From an uncultured Actinomycetes bacterium (GTDB lineage Bacteria; Actinomycetota; Actinomycetes; S36-B12; UBA10799), in contig CAMPEQ010000007.1 in the NCBI GenBank assembly GCA_946803585.1, positions 30,451 through 94,450 on the forward strand: DNA of 64,000 nucleotides. Direction: 5' to 3'. This document shows positions 36,993 to 47,089 of the stretch, in pieces. The position numbers and the translations under genes are program-made. A model generated the notes under the pieces. The model worked only from the letters and a program-made list of their open reading frames with translations. It did no database searches and had not been told where the DNA came from. Position 1 is the stretch's first letter, and every line of letters starts with the position of its first letter.

Positions 36993-37607
36993 GTGGAGGT
37001 TCAAGAGACCGAGGTTCAAACGGACCGGGTTCTGACTGTTCCCAACCTGCTGTCCTTCGCCCGGTTACTCGGTGTACCGCTGTTCCTGTGGCTGATTTTG
37101 GTGCCGGAAGCCGACGGCTGGGCGATCGTCGTGCTGATCTTTGCGGGGGTATCGGACTACCTCGATGGGAAGATCGCGCGTCGGTGGAACCAGATCAGTC
37201 GGGTGGGACAGATCCTCGACCCGCTTGCCGACCGTCTCTATATCTTGGCAACCTTGATCGGCCTCCTACTACGCGGGCTCATCCCTTGGTGGCTTGTAGC
37301 CGTGCTGGTAGGCCGCGACATCATCATGGGAATTGTCCTATTCATCATTAAGCGGCGAACCGGTCTCGTGGGACTGCCGGTTCACTTCATCGGTAAGGCA
37401 GCGACTTTCTGCCTGCTCTACGCCTTCCCTCTCATTTTGATGGGGGCTGGCGATGGACCAATCTGGACCGTTTGTTTGGTTTTCGGTTGGGCATTCGCGT
37501 TGTGGGGGACTGGGCTGTACATCTGGGCCGCAGTGCTCTACCTAGAACAAGCGGCCCGAATTCTCAAGCAACGGCCAGCAGTTGGCCGACCGTCTCCCGC
37601 TAGCTAG
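36993..37607 (+). CDS. CDP-alcohol phosphatidyltransferase (PgsA/cardiolipin-synthase-like)
   Basis: Signature DYLDGKIARRWNQISRVGQILDPLADR (D-x2-DG-x2-AR-x8-G-x3-D-x3-D). Confidence 0.85.
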   Translation: MEVQETEVQTDRVLTVPNLLSFARLLGVPLFLWLILVPEADGWAIVVLIFAGVSDYLDGKIARRWNQISRVGQILDPLADRLYILATLIGLLLRGLIPWWLVAVLVGRDIIMGIVLFIIKRRTGLVGLPVHFIGKAATFCLLYAFPLILMGAGDGPIWTVCLVFGWAFALWGTGLYIWAAVLYLEQAARILKQRPAVGRPSPAS

Positions 37608-37616
37608 GATGCAGCC

Positions 37617-37994
37617 ATGATTCCTGATCACTTGCGCTACACCAACGAACATGAGTGGGCACTACTGACCGAGACCGGCAATGTGCGATTCGGCGTCACC
37701 CACCACGCCCAAGGCGCCCTCGGTGACATTGTCTTCGTCACGTTGCCCGAGGTGGGCACTGTGCTTGAGGTCGGTCAGAGTTGCGGAGAGATCGAATCCA
37801 CCAAGAGCGTGTCAGAGATCTTCGCACCAATTACCGGTGAGGTTGTCGCGCGTAACGACGCGGTTGAGACATCACCCGAGTCGATTAATGCGGACCCATA
37901 CGGCAACGGCTGGCTCGTTGAGATCGCTCCGTCAGACTCAGAACAGCTCGATGCGCTGCTTAGTGCTGCAGCGTACGAGGCGTCGCTGTCCTAA
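37617..37994 (+). CDS. gcvH: Glycine cleavage system protein H
   Basis: 125 aa with the lipoyl-lysine motif GEIESTKSVSEIFAP. Confidence 0.95.
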   Translation: MIPDHLRYTNEHEWALLTETGNVRFGVTHHAQGALGDIVFVTLPEVGTVLEVGQSCGEIESTKSVSEIFAPITGEVVARNDAVETSPESINADPYGNGWLVEIAPSDSEQLDALLSAAAYEASLS

Positions 37995-38057
37995 CTATCC
38001 ACAACAATGTGGAAAATGAGTTGACCGGCGTCACCCTTAACCATAGGTTTAGGCCTT

Positions 38058-38558
38058 GTGACCGATATTTGCACATCCTGCGGAAAGCCGCTGACCCCAG
38101 GCGCAAAGTTCTGCGCTGAATGCGGTGCTGTTGTTGTCGCTATGCCAAGCTCGCCCGATGTCACGGGCACGATTCACGCGCTCGGCACCACAGCGGACTC
38201 CGGTCCGTTAACTCCTATTCAAGAGCCCGAGCGCGAGTCGGTGGAACCTGGGACCTATGCGTTGCTGATTGTTCGCGGACCAGCAGCGGGGGATCGCATC
38301 GAACTAGTCGGTGAGGAGATGATCGCGGGTCGGTCGCCTGAAGCAGAGATATTCCTCGATGACATTACGGTCTCGCGGCAACACGGGCGGTTCGAGAAGG
38401 CTGGTTCAACGTGGCGACTCGTCGACTGTCAGAGCCTGAACGGTACCTACGTCAACCGAAACAGGGTGGACACCATCGAGCTGAACCATGGTGATGAGAT
38501 CCAGATCGGCAAGTACCGATTTCACTTCTTAGGCGGATCCGTACGAGGTGACGTGTAA
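38058..38558 (+). CDS. FHA-domain protein with N-terminal zinc-ribbon (GarA/OdhI genomic position)
   Basis: CTSCGKPL...CAECG zinc ribbon. C-terminal FHA domain (AGRSPEAEIFLDDITVSRQHGRF...SLNGTYVN). Confidence 0.85.
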   Translation: MTDICTSCGKPLTPGAKFCAECGAVVVAMPSSPDVTGTIHALGTTADSGPLTPIQEPERESVEPGTYALLIVRGPAAGDRIELVGEEMIAGRSPEAEIFLDDITVSRQHGRFEKAGSTWRLVDCQSLNGTYVNRNRVDTIELNHGDEIQIGKYRFHFLGGSVRGDV

Positions 38559-39311
38559 ATGGGCGCCGAAGCCGTCGAGGACCGGATGACGATTGGTGTT
38601 GTCCTATCGATTCTCGAAGATGAGTTCCCGACAATGGACGTCACGATCTCGAAGATTCGGTTCCTTGAGGCAGAAGGCCTGGTTGAACCTGCACGGACTC
38701 CAACGGGGTACCGCAAGTTCTCCCCGGCCGATGTCGACCGGTTGCGCTACACCCTCACGATGCAGCGTGACCACTTCTTGCCATTGAGAGTTATTCGCGA
38801 GCACCTCGACAAGATCGACCGTGGCTTTGTTCCCGCACTGGTGACAGAAAGCGAGCCGTCAGTTCCCGAAGCGGGGACAGCAAGCGATTCAGTGCGGGCT
38901 CCTAGGGTGCGCCTAGACGATCGCGATCGAGTCGTCTCCATGTCGGCCGAGAGCCTGGCTCAAGAATCCGGACTCACTCCGGCAGAGATTAGCAATCTGC
39001 GGCGGATGGGCGCCATCAGCGTTGACGATAAGACCGACGAATATGGCATGAGCTCGCTGGAGATCGCCCGAAGCGTCGCTCGGTTGCAGCGTTACGGGAT
39101 CGAGGCCAAGCACTTGAGTCGGGTATTTACGGCGGCAGATCGTCAAACTGAGCTCGTTGCCGGGCTTATCCGGCCGCAGATTGCTCGACGGCCGGCCAGC
39201 GACGAGCAATCTCAGGAAGCCCTCGATCAGGCCGACGAGATGGCACGGGAGCTGCTGCAGTTACAGAGCATCGCGATGAGTGTCGCGCTCCAGAATGAGT
39301 TTGAGATCTAG
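38559..39311 (+). CDS. MerR-family transcriptional regulator (FtsR / Rv1828-like)
   Basis: N-terminal MerR HTH (MTIGVVLSILEDEFPTMDVTISKIRFLEAEGLVEPARTPTGYRKF). The start abuts the FHA gene stop. Confidence 0.85.
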   Translation: MGAEAVEDRMTIGVVLSILEDEFPTMDVTISKIRFLEAEGLVEPARTPTGYRKFSPADVDRLRYTLTMQRDHFLPLRVIREHLDKIDRGFVPALVTESEPSVPEAGTASDSVRAPRVRLDDRDRVVSMSAESLAQESGLTPAEISNLRRMGAISVDDKTDEYGMSSLEIARSVARLQRYGIEAKHLSRVFTAADRQTELVAGLIRPQIARRPASDEQSQEALDQADEMARELLQLQSIAMSVALQNEFEI

Positions 39312-39377
39312 CCCTGGCCTTTGCCGCAATCGTGCGTGGGCATGGATCTGTTACCTCGCGCCGCGTAGAGTGTCAGC

Positions 39378-39866
39378 GTGATTGACGTTGAGGTCGTTGG
39401 CGTTCGGGTGGAGATGCCGAGCAATCAACCGGTACTGCTCTTGCGAGAACGGTCAGGGACTCGCTTTCTGCCGATTTGGATCGGGGCAGTCGAGGCAACG
39501 GCAATTGCATTCGCTCAGCAAGATGTTGAGCCACCACGACCATTGACTCACGACTTGCTCTGCCAGGTCTTGGCGACGTTTGAGCACCCAATTACTGCGG
39601 TACACATCGATCGACTCGACGAGGGTGTGTTCTACGCCAACCTGGTGTTCGCCGATGGGATGACGATCAGCGCACGCCCATCTGATGCGATTGCGATTGC
39701 GTTGCGAGTTGGCGCCCCAACGCTGGTCAGCGAAGAGGTATTCGACACAGCGGGTGTCGAAACACCGGAGGTTGAAGAAGAAGTAGAGGTCGAGGCATTT
39801 CGAGAGTTCCTCGACAATGTCTCTCCCGAAGATTTCGGCGGCGAAGACCCGTACCGCGGCAACTAG
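39378..39866 (+). CDS. Bifunctional nuclease family protein (DUF151)
   Basis: VVGVRVEMPSNQPVLLLRE...FLPIWIG..EA.AIA...PRPLTHDL pattern of DUF151. Confidence 0.85.
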   Translation: MIDVEVVGVRVEMPSNQPVLLLRERSGTRFLPIWIGAVEATAIAFAQQDVEPPRPLTHDLLCQVLATFEHPITAVHIDRLDEGVFYANLVFADGMTISARPSDAIAIALRVGAPTLVSEEVFDTAGVETPEVEEEVEVEAFREFLDNVSPEDFGGEDPYRGN

Positions 39867-40003
39867 GCCAGTCTGCCTATTTTGTCGGCCCTCCCTGGAT
39901 CTCATGAGGAACAGTCGAGCTCCGGCCCATCGTCCTCTAACTCTCAACTTTAGCTTTAGGGTTTGAGAAAACTTGGAAAGTTTCGTGTTCGGTGCGTGGC
40001 GGG

Positions 40004-40032
40004 TTGACGGTAGGTTGTGAGTTCCCTACGTT
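40004..40032 (+). promoter_or_regulatory. Candidate housekeeping-type promoter for the second MerR gene
   Basis: TTGACG (40004-40009), a 17-nt spacer, TACGTT (40027-40032), ~40 nt upstream of the TTG 40072 start. Confidence 0.45.
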
Positions 40033-40071
40033 TCTCATTGGGTGTTAAACGCTGTTTGGTTGGAGGAACCG

Positions 40072-40662
40072 TTGATCGAGTCAGAGTCAAGTGGCGTACA
40101 GGGCCCAAATGTGGCGTCTGGAACATCTCACCAAGAGACGCTGTTCGAGACCTCGGGAGACAGCCTTTCGCCCGATATCGGCTACCGCGGACCAATCGCG
40201 TGCAGCGCCGCCGGGATCACTTACCGTCAGCTGGACTACTGGGCGCGCACTGGTTTGATCGAGCCAAGCATCCGTTCCGCTAGTGGATCTGGCTCGCAGC
40301 GCCTCTACAGCTTCCGCGACATCCTTGTTCTCAAGGTCATCAAACGACTCCTTGACACGGGAGTTTCGCTTAACAACATCCGTACTGCCGTCGACCATTT
40401 ACGAGGCCGGGGAGTAGATGACCTCGCTGAAATCACCCTGATGAGCGATGGGGCGAGCGTCTACGAATGCACTTCTGAGCAAGAGGTGATCGACCTCGTA
40501 CGCGGTGGCCAAGGTGTGTTCGGAATCGCTGTAGGCAGAGTCTGGCGTGAAATCGAAGGAAGTCTCGCCGAGTTGCCCGGTGAGAGGATTGATGGCGGCG
40601 AGAGCGACTCAACCGAGTTCTCAGACGAGCTCGCTCAGCGTCGCGCACTTCGCACGGGCTGA
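40072..40662 (+). CDS. MerR-family transcriptional regulator (Rv1830-like)
   Basis: YRGPIACSAAGITYRQLDYWARTGLIEPS...GSGSQRLYSFRDILVLKVIKRLLDTGVSL. TTG 40072 follows GGAGGA by 4 nt. The ORF-track GTG 40042 is an alternative start. Confidence 0.85.
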   Translation: MIESESSGVQGPNVASGTSHQETLFETSGDSLSPDIGYRGPIACSAAGITYRQLDYWARTGLIEPSIRSASGSGSQRLYSFRDILVLKVIKRLLDTGVSLNNIRTAVDHLRGRGVDDLAEITLMSDGASVYECTSEQEVIDLVRGGQGVFGIAVGRVWREIEGSLAELPGERIDGGESDSTEFSDELAQRRALRTG

Positions 40663-40821
40663 TTCGCTGGCATTGGCCGCAACCTGCATCCGATACGAAG
40701 CCGGCTAGCTGTTCTCGGAAGTTTTTGTGCCGATGGCATCAGTCCAGGGTTTGGCACAGGTACCGTTTACCTCGGGCGTCCGCGCTAAGCGGGTCATGAC
40801 GAGCGAAAAGGCACAGTAAAC

Positions 40822-43680
40822 GTGAGCACGCAGTATCAAGATCGCCATATCGGCGCAGACGAGGCAGCAAGCCAGCAGATGCTGGAGACGCTCGGCTACG
40901 ACTCGCTCGCCGAGCTCATCTCGGCAGCAGTTCCGGAATCTGTTCGTTCCCACGACTACCAGTCCGTTATTCCGCCAGCAGCAACGGAGGCAGAACTCCT
41001 ATCGGAGCTAACGTCGCTTAGTAACCGCAACGAGGTCCGCGTTCCGATGATCGGTCGGGGCTATTACCGCGCGCACACCCCGGCAGTTTTGCGCCGGAAT
41101 GTGCTGGAGAACCCCGCTTGGTATACCGCATATACGCCGTATCAACCAGAGATCTCCCAGGGTCGACTCGAAGCGCTCTTGGTCTTCCAGACGATGGTCG
41201 CCGACCTCACCGGTTTGGCGACCTCAAATGCCTCGCTCCTCGATGAGTCAACGGCGGCGGCCGAGGCCATGGCGATGGCTCGGCGAGTTAGCAAGAACTC
41301 GTCCAACAGGTTCCTCGTCAGCGAGGACACGCACCCCCAGACGATCGCCGTATTGCGAACCCGCGCTGAACCGATCGGCCTCGACATCGTTTTGTTTAGC
41401 CCAGCAGATTCCCTCGACAATGTGGAGTTCTTTGGCGTCTTGTTTAGCTACCCGGGAACATCCGGCGCGGTGTCAACACAACTGGCAGCTCAGGCGAAGG
41501 CGGCCCACGACCAGGGCGCGATCGCCGCAGTGACGAGCGATCTGTTGGCCTTGACCCTACTTACCCCACCGGGGGAGTTGGGGGCCGACATTGTTGTCGG
41601 TTCAGCTCAACGGTTCGGAATCCCGCTTGGGTTCGGTGGACCACACGCTGGCTTCATGGCAGTTCGTGAGGGGCTACAGCGGAACTTGCCCGGACGTCTC
41701 GTCGGGGTCAGTACCGATTCTTCCGGCAATCCGGCTTACCGATTGGCGCTACAAACCCGCGAGCAGCACATCCGACGCGAACGAGCCACCAGCAACATCT
41801 GCACATCGCAGGTTCTACTCGCGGTCATGAGTGCCTTCTACGGTGCCTATCACGGTCCCGACGGTCTGCGTGAGATCGCGGAAGGCGTGAACCGGCGCAC
41901 GCGCTCCCTGGTTTGGCAGTTGGACCAGCTTGGTGTGGCAGCAACAACGCGGTACTTCTTTGACACGGTGACCTTTCGCTTGACCGGAGCTGCCGAGCAA
42001 GCAGTCAAGGCAATTGCCCACGCCGGTATTGACGTGTTGGCTCTAGATTCCGACCATTTCAGCGTCTCAGTAGATGAAACGACGACCGATGCCCATATCG
42101 CGAGTATTGGCGCGGCGGTCGCACAGGTTGTGGGGGAGTCGGCACCCGCGGCACCAAAGGAGTTTGGCCAACTCGCGGAGTCGATTCCCGAGCAAGCGCG
42201 CAGGACTAGCGAGTTCATGATCCACCCGTGGTTTCACCAGTACCGAAGTGAGACTGCGATGATGCGCTGGCTGCGACGACTTGCCGACGCCGATCTCGCT
42301 CTGGACCGCACAATGATTCCGCTGGGATCGTGCACGATGAAGCTGAACGCGGCGGCCGCGATGGAGCCGATCTCGCTACCAGGTTTTGCCGGTATCCATC
42401 CGTTCGCGCCGATCGACACCGTGACGGGTTACCACGAGCTAATTGAGCGATTGGCGACCTGGCTGGCGGATATTACTGGCTACGCCAAGGTCAGCCTGGC
42501 GCCCAATGCGGGATCCCAGGGCGAGTTTGCGGGATTGATGGCGATACGCGGCTACCTTCGCAGCCTCGGGCAGGAAGACCGCGACGTTTGCTTGATCCCC
42601 GCAAGTGCGCACGGGACGAATGCGGCGAGCGCAGCGATGGCCGGGATGCGGGTCGTAGTGGTGGCCTGCGACGACACCGGTGGTGTTGATCTCGAGGACT
42701 TGCGGACTAAAGTTGATGAGCATCGCACTGATCTCGCTGCGGTGATGGTCACCTATCCGTCGACCTATGGCGTCTACGAAGACACAATCTCAGAGGTATG
42801 CGAACTGGTTCATGCTGCGGGTGGTCAAGTCTACGTGGATGGAGCCAACCTCAATGCCCTCGTTGGCGTGGCGCGTCCTGGCACCTTTGGTGCGGATGTC
42901 TCCCATCTAAATCTGCACAAGACCTTTTGTATCCCGCACGGTGGTGGTGGGCCGGGGGTTGGGCCCGTCGGCGTAGGGGAGCACCTGATGCCCTTCCTGC
43001 CCAGCCACCCTCTCGATGCTGCCGATGGTCGCCCAGGATCGGTGGGCGCAATCACCAGCGCACCATTTGGTAGTGCAGGTATTCTCCCGATTCCGTACGC
43101 CTACATTCGGATGATGGGTCCGGCCGGTCTCCTGGCGGCGACCCAGAATGCAGTGCTAGCGGCGAACTACGTCGCACACCGACTCTCAGCGCATTTCCCG
43201 ATTCTGTACACAGGTAGCGAGGGGCTGGTCGCACATGAGTGCATTCTGGACTTCCGCGAAATTACCCGCGAAACAGCGGTATCCGTCGACGACGTCGCGA
43301 AACGCCTAGTCGATTACGGTTTTCACGCCCCAACCATGTCGTTCCCCATCGCGGGCACTCTCATGGTTGAACCGACAGAGAGCGAAGACCTGGCAGAACT
43401 CGATAGATTCTGTGACGCCATGATTGCCATCCGGGAAGAGATTGCTCAAGTCGCAGTGGGAGCTTGGGATATTTCGGATTCGCCACTGCGAAATGCCCCC
43501 CATACGGCCGCTGTGCTACTAGCTGATGAGTGGGATCGGCCGTACAGCAGGCAGTTGGCGGCATACCCGGCTGCGCATCTTCGTCACGACAAGTACTGGC
43601 CGCCGGTCGGGCGAATCGATGGCGCATATGGCGACCGGAACCTGATGTGCTCGTGCCCACCGATTGAATCGTTTACCTGA
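40822..43680 (+). CDS. gcvP: Glycine dehydrogenase (decarboxylating), P protein
   Basis: 952 aa single-chain P protein. The PLP lysine region is [19 protein letters not shown]. Confidence 0.97.
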   Translation: MSTQYQDRHIGADEAASQQMLETLGYDSLAELISAAVPESVRSHDYQSVIPPAATEAELLSELTSLSNRNEVRVPMIGRGYYRAHTPAVLRRNVLENPAWYTAYTPYQPEISQGRLEALLVFQTMVADLTGLATSNASLLDESTAAAEAMAMARRVSKNSSNRFLVSEDTHPQTIAVLRTRAEPIGLDIVLFSPADSLDNVEFFGVLFSYPGTSGAVSTQLAAQAKAAHDQGAIAAVTSDLLALTLLTPPGELGADIVVGSAQRFGIPLGFGGPHAGFMAVREGLQRNLPGRLVGVSTDSSGNPAYRLALQTREQHIRRERATSNICTSQVLLAVMSAFYGAYHGPDGLREIAEGVNRRTRSLVWQLDQLGVAATTRYFFDTVTFRLTGAAEQAVKAIAHAGIDVLALDSDHFSVSVDETTTDAHIASIGAAVAQVVGESAPAAPKEFGQLAESIPEQARRTSEFMIHPWFHQYRSETAMMRWLRRLADADLALDRTMIPLGSCTMKLNAAAAMEPISLPGFAGIHPFAPIDTVTGYHELIERLATWLADITGYAKVSLAPNAGSQGEFAGLMAIRGYLRSLGQEDRDVCLIPASAHGTNAASAAMAGMRVVVVACDDTGGVDLEDLRTKVDEHRTDLAAVMVTYPSTYGVYEDTISEVCELVHAAGGQVYVDGANLNALVGVARPGTFGADVSHLNLHKTFCIPHGGGGPGVGPVGVGEHLMPFLPSHPLDAADGRPGSVGAITSAPFGSAGILPIPYAYIRMMGPAGLLAATQNAVLAANYVAHRLSAHFPILYTGSEGLVAHECILDFREITRETAVSVDDVAKRLVDYGFHAPTMSFPIAGTLMVEPTESEDLAELDRFCDAMIAIREEIAQVAVGAWDISDSPLRNAPHTAAVLLADEWDRPYSRQLAAYPAAHLRHDKYWPPVGRIDGAYGDRNLMCSCPPIESFT

Positions 43681-45280
43681 CGTGGAGTCCTACGCATTCC
43701 CGCTGATTCTTGTTGCGATTAGCGTTGGAGCGATCTGCCGTTATCGCAACATCAACCCGGCGCTGCCACTTATCGCGGCTGGATTGATTTTTGAGTTCAT
43801 TTTTCCAAAGACTCTGGGAGATCTGCCTGATCCAGAAGTCATCTTGACGTTGATCCTTGCCCCGCTCGTGTTTGCCGCGGGATTGTCGAGTTCTGCGGTC
43901 GACTTGCGTAAAGTCGGTCGCCGGATCCTGCTGTTGGCAGTTGGATTAGTCGCGATCACCACAATCGTCGTCGGGTTGCTGGTCTCCGCTTCATTTGCAG
44001 CTCTATCGTTCGCCGCGGCCTGTGCCCTTGGCGCGGTATTAGCCCCGACGGATGCTGTTGCGGCTGCGGTCGTGGCGGCTCGTAGCGGACTACCCCGTCG
44101 AGTGACCCTCGTTATCGAGGGGGAGAGCCTTGTCAACGACGGTACCGCCCTCACAATCCTGCGGGTAGCGGTGTTGGCGGTAGTCGCTGGGTCGGTCACC
44201 CTAATGCAGAGCACCGGGATTCTGCTCGCAGCAGTCGTCGGGGGAATCGCAATCGGGGCAATTGGCGGGTTCTGCGTCTCGTGGCTGATGCGTGCAAGTC
44301 GCCAAGCCATTGTTGCCAACGCGATCCTGCTGCTTACTCCGTTTGCGCTCTACGAGATCTCCGAAGAGATTGGTGGCTCCGGGCTACTGACGGTCGTTGT
44401 GGCAGGGGTATGGATCTCGCACTCGAATGCGATCAAGGGAAACCCCAAGACCCGGCTCCAGGGTGATTCCATCTGGTCGTTGATTACCTTTCTACTCGAG
44501 AGTTTCGCCTTCGTCCTCGTTGGTGCGGAGTTCCTCGATAGCTACTCGCGCCTGGACAATCCGAATCTGCTGAACCTCGTCCTCATCGCGGTCGGTTTGA
44601 CGCTCCTGCTGATGGTTATCAGGTTCCTATTCATGGCCCTGTGGTTCCTAGTAGGGCCGAAAGTACGGCCCGAACTGTTTGCCAATCGCAAGGGAGCAGC
44701 GAAGGAATTCGTGGCGATCGGACTGTTGGGTGTTCGCGGACCAGTGTCAGTGCTCGCGGCCTTCTCGATTCCACTCACCGTTGACAGTGGCGAACCATTC
44801 CCCGGTCGTGACCTCATCCTCATCTTGACCTTTGGGGTTGTCACGCTTTCGCTCATAATGAGCCACTTCTCTGAGCCCATCATTCGCAGGCTCAATCTCT
44901 CCACGAGTAAGGACCAGGCAGTTGAGGACAAAGCGCGCCTCACCATCGCTAAGGCGTCATTGCGGCGTCTCGACGAGATCGCCGTTGAGGCAGACGAGAA
45001 CGGCAGCAGTATCGACACCGCCGCGTTCAATGACTTGCGAGCAATAGCGGTGGCGAGGATCGAGACCCTGCACGCCGTGGCTGATCCCGAGGCGCAGTTG
45101 GCGGACGAGTCTGAGATTTGGATGTCTCGCCGCGACATTCGACAATCAATGCTCAACGCGGAGCGCGAGGCGCTGAACCGTCTGCGCAGTGAGCGACGTG
45201 CTCCAGGGGAGGTTCTCAAGGATCTGACTCGAGAACTCGACATCCGACAGGAAGTTCTCGGCGATCCAGGCACAAGCTAG
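43664..45280 (+). CDS. NhaP-type (CPA1) Na+/H+ antiporter with cytoplasmic C-terminal coiled region
   Basis: Polytopic N-terminal ~400 aa ([27 protein letters not shown]) typical of NhaP. The start is TTG 43664 or GTG 43682, at the gcvP stop. Confidence 0.85.
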   Translation: MNRLPDVESYAFPLILVAISVGAICRYRNINPALPLIAAGLIFEFIFPKTLGDLPDPEVILTLILAPLVFAAGLSSSAVDLRKVGRRILLLAVGLVAITTIVVGLLVSASFAALSFAAACALGAVLAPTDAVAAAVVAARSGLPRRVTLVIEGESLVNDGTALTILRVAVLAVVAGSVTLMQSTGILLAAVVGGIAIGAIGGFCVSWLMRASRQAIVANAILLLTPFALYEISEEIGGSGLLTVVVAGVWISHSNAIKGNPKTRLQGDSIWSLITFLLESFAFVLVGAEFLDSYSRLDNPNLLNLVLIAVGLTLLLMVIRFLFMALWFLVGPKVRPELFANRKGAAKEFVAIGLLGVRGPVSVLAAFSIPLTVDSGEPFPGRDLILILTFGVVTLSLIMSHFSEPIIRRLNLSTSKDQAVEDKARLTIAKASLRRLDEIAVEADENGSSIDTAAFNDLRAIAVARIETLHAVADPEAQLADESEIWMSRRDIRQSMLNAEREALNRLRSERRAPGEVLKDLTRELDIRQEVLGDPGTS

Positions 45281-45290
45281 GGTTCGATAT

Positions 45291-45761
45291 ATGGGTATGG
45301 ACTTGGAAGCAGTCAGAGTTGGATTTCCGCAAGCGGTTCCGATGGTGGGAACGCTCGGACTTGAGTTTGTCGAACTCGATGAACAAACCGCCACTATGCG
45401 GCTACCTGACCAGTCGGTCTTCCACAACCACGTGGGCGGACCGCACGCGGGCGCTATGTTCACCTTGGGGGAGTCGGCAAGTGGCGCGTTAGTGCTTGCA
45501 AACTTCGGTGACCGGCTCGCGGACGCGACGCCATTGGCAGTCGAATCCAAGATTCGTTACCTCAAGCTTGCGATGGGTCCGGTAACCGCAACAGCACGGA
45601 TGGTTCGGCGCGGCGAGGAAGTGCTTGCCGAGCTCGATGCTGGTGGCCGCCCGGAGTTCTTCGTTGAGATTGAGATCAACGACGCGGCGGGGGCGACAAC
45701 TGGCGAGATGTCGATTGTGTGGACGCTGAAGCCCAACCGAAAGCCGGATTCATCTAGCTAG
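45291..45761 (+). CDS. Hotdog-fold thioesterase (PaaI/DUF4442-like)
   Basis: 156 aa with VPMVGTLGLEFVELDE...HNHVGGPHAGAMFTLGESASG, typical of PaaI-type hotdog proteins. Confidence 0.75.
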   Translation: MGMDLEAVRVGFPQAVPMVGTLGLEFVELDEQTATMRLPDQSVFHNHVGGPHAGAMFTLGESASGALVLANFGDRLADATPLAVESKIRYLKLAMGPVTATARMVRRGEEVLAELDAGGRPEFFVEIEINDAAGATTGEMSIVWTLKPNRKPDSSS

Positions 45762-45793
45762 GGGATTTCCCATTCTGCGGGTGTTTCACGCCG

Positions 45794-47017
45794 TTGAATC
45801 GCCAAAGAAGCGTCTTAGGATTTCCTCTGATGTCGTCTTTCTTTGGGGTAGAGCGCGTGCGGGGAACACTTGGCCGACTGGCCGCAGTAGCGGTGTGTAG
45901 CGCGATTGCGCTCGGGGGATCCGCGACAGTTGCCTCCGCTTCACCTCCGCCGAGTCCGACCGCCTCGGCTACCGCTCAAGCCGCCCAGGGTGCTTCTGTG
46001 CCCCTGCCCAAGATGCGGAATTGGACGTGGATCGTCGCGGATGCCGACACTGGCGCTGTGCTTGGGGGTCGGGACTGGAAGTGGCCGCTTCCTCCGGCGA
46101 GCACAATGAAGACGCTGACAGCTCTGACCTTGGTTGATCGGCTGCAACTCGATTCCGAGTACGTTGTGCGCAAGGATGAGGCAGAAGCTGAGGGAAGTAG
46201 CGTTGGTATAGAGGCGGGCTCGTCGTATCAGGTCAGTGACCTGTTCAACGGAATGCTGATGCCTAGCGGCAACGACGCGGCGGCGGCTCTTGCCGGTGCC
46301 TACGGGGGACTAGACCGGACCACCGAGGCAATGAACGCCGAGGCGCAACGCCTAGGCGCGGAGCAAACCGTTGCCAAGAACACTAGTGGTCTCGATGAGC
46401 CAGACCAGATGTCGAGTGCCTACGACCTGGCGCTGATCATGCGAGAATCCCTAAAGAACCCGGAACTTCGCCGGATCTACCTCCAGCACGATGTTCAGTT
46501 TCCAGCTGAACAACCGAAGAAGCCCGACGAGGAGCGCAAGAGCTACACAATCTGGACGGAGAATCGACTCGTTCTGAACTATCACGACGGGGCGTTGGCT
46601 GGGAAGACCGGATTCACTTCTCAAGCAGGACGCACATTCGTCGGCGCGCTCGAACGGGACGGACGCACGTTGATCGTTGCACTTATGCGTTCGGCAGAGA
46701 ACACCGAAGCTGCTGCGACTAGAGCATTGGACTGGGCATTCGACAACTATGACGACCTCGTGCCCATCGACCAACTTGTTGAAGCTGGTCCAAAGCCAGA
46801 GGTATCTGCTCAACCCGCTGTTACCTACGGCGAAGGGGGAGTGAGTAACCTCGCGGAGATTTCACCGGATGCCATTGCCACGAGCGGCTCCAAGACAACA
46901 CCTCTGCTCCTCGCGGTAGTTCTCGCCGGAATCGCGGGCGGAATTATTTGGCGACGACGCGTGGTTGCGGCTGCAAATGAGCGTCGACGCACCCGTCCAC
47001 CTCGCGCAGAGAGCTGA
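45794..47017 (+). CDS. D-alanyl-D-alanine carboxypeptidase (PBP5/DacB-like), C-terminal TM anchor
   Basis: SxxK (PASTMKTLTAL), SxN (MPSGNDAA) and a KTG-like motif (GKTGFTSQAG). Signal peptide and C-terminal TM. The start may be ATG 45830. Confidence 0.85.
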   Translation: MNRQRSVLGFPLMSSFFGVERVRGTLGRLAAVAVCSAIALGGSATVASASPPPSPTASATAQAAQGASVPLPKMRNWTWIVADADTGAVLGGRDWKWPLPPASTMKTLTALTLVDRLQLDSEYVVRKDEAEAEGSSVGIEAGSSYQVSDLFNGMLMPSGNDAAAALAGAYGGLDRTTEAMNAEAQRLGAEQTVAKNTSGLDEPDQMSSAYDLALIMRESLKNPELRRIYLQHDVQFPAEQPKKPDEERKSYTIWTENRLVLNYHDGALAGKTGFTSQAGRTFVGALERDGRTLIVALMRSAENTEAAATRALDWAFDNYDDLVPIDQLVEAGPKPEVSAQPAVTYGEGGVSNLAEISPDAIATSGSKTTPLLLAVVLAGIAGGIIWRRRVVAAANERRRTRPPRAES

Positions 47018-47089
47018 TTTGCTCGCAGCGTGCTGCTACACGGGAACGTCCAAGTTCTAGCTGGTCTCTGGTTGGTGAGTAGGACGTAT

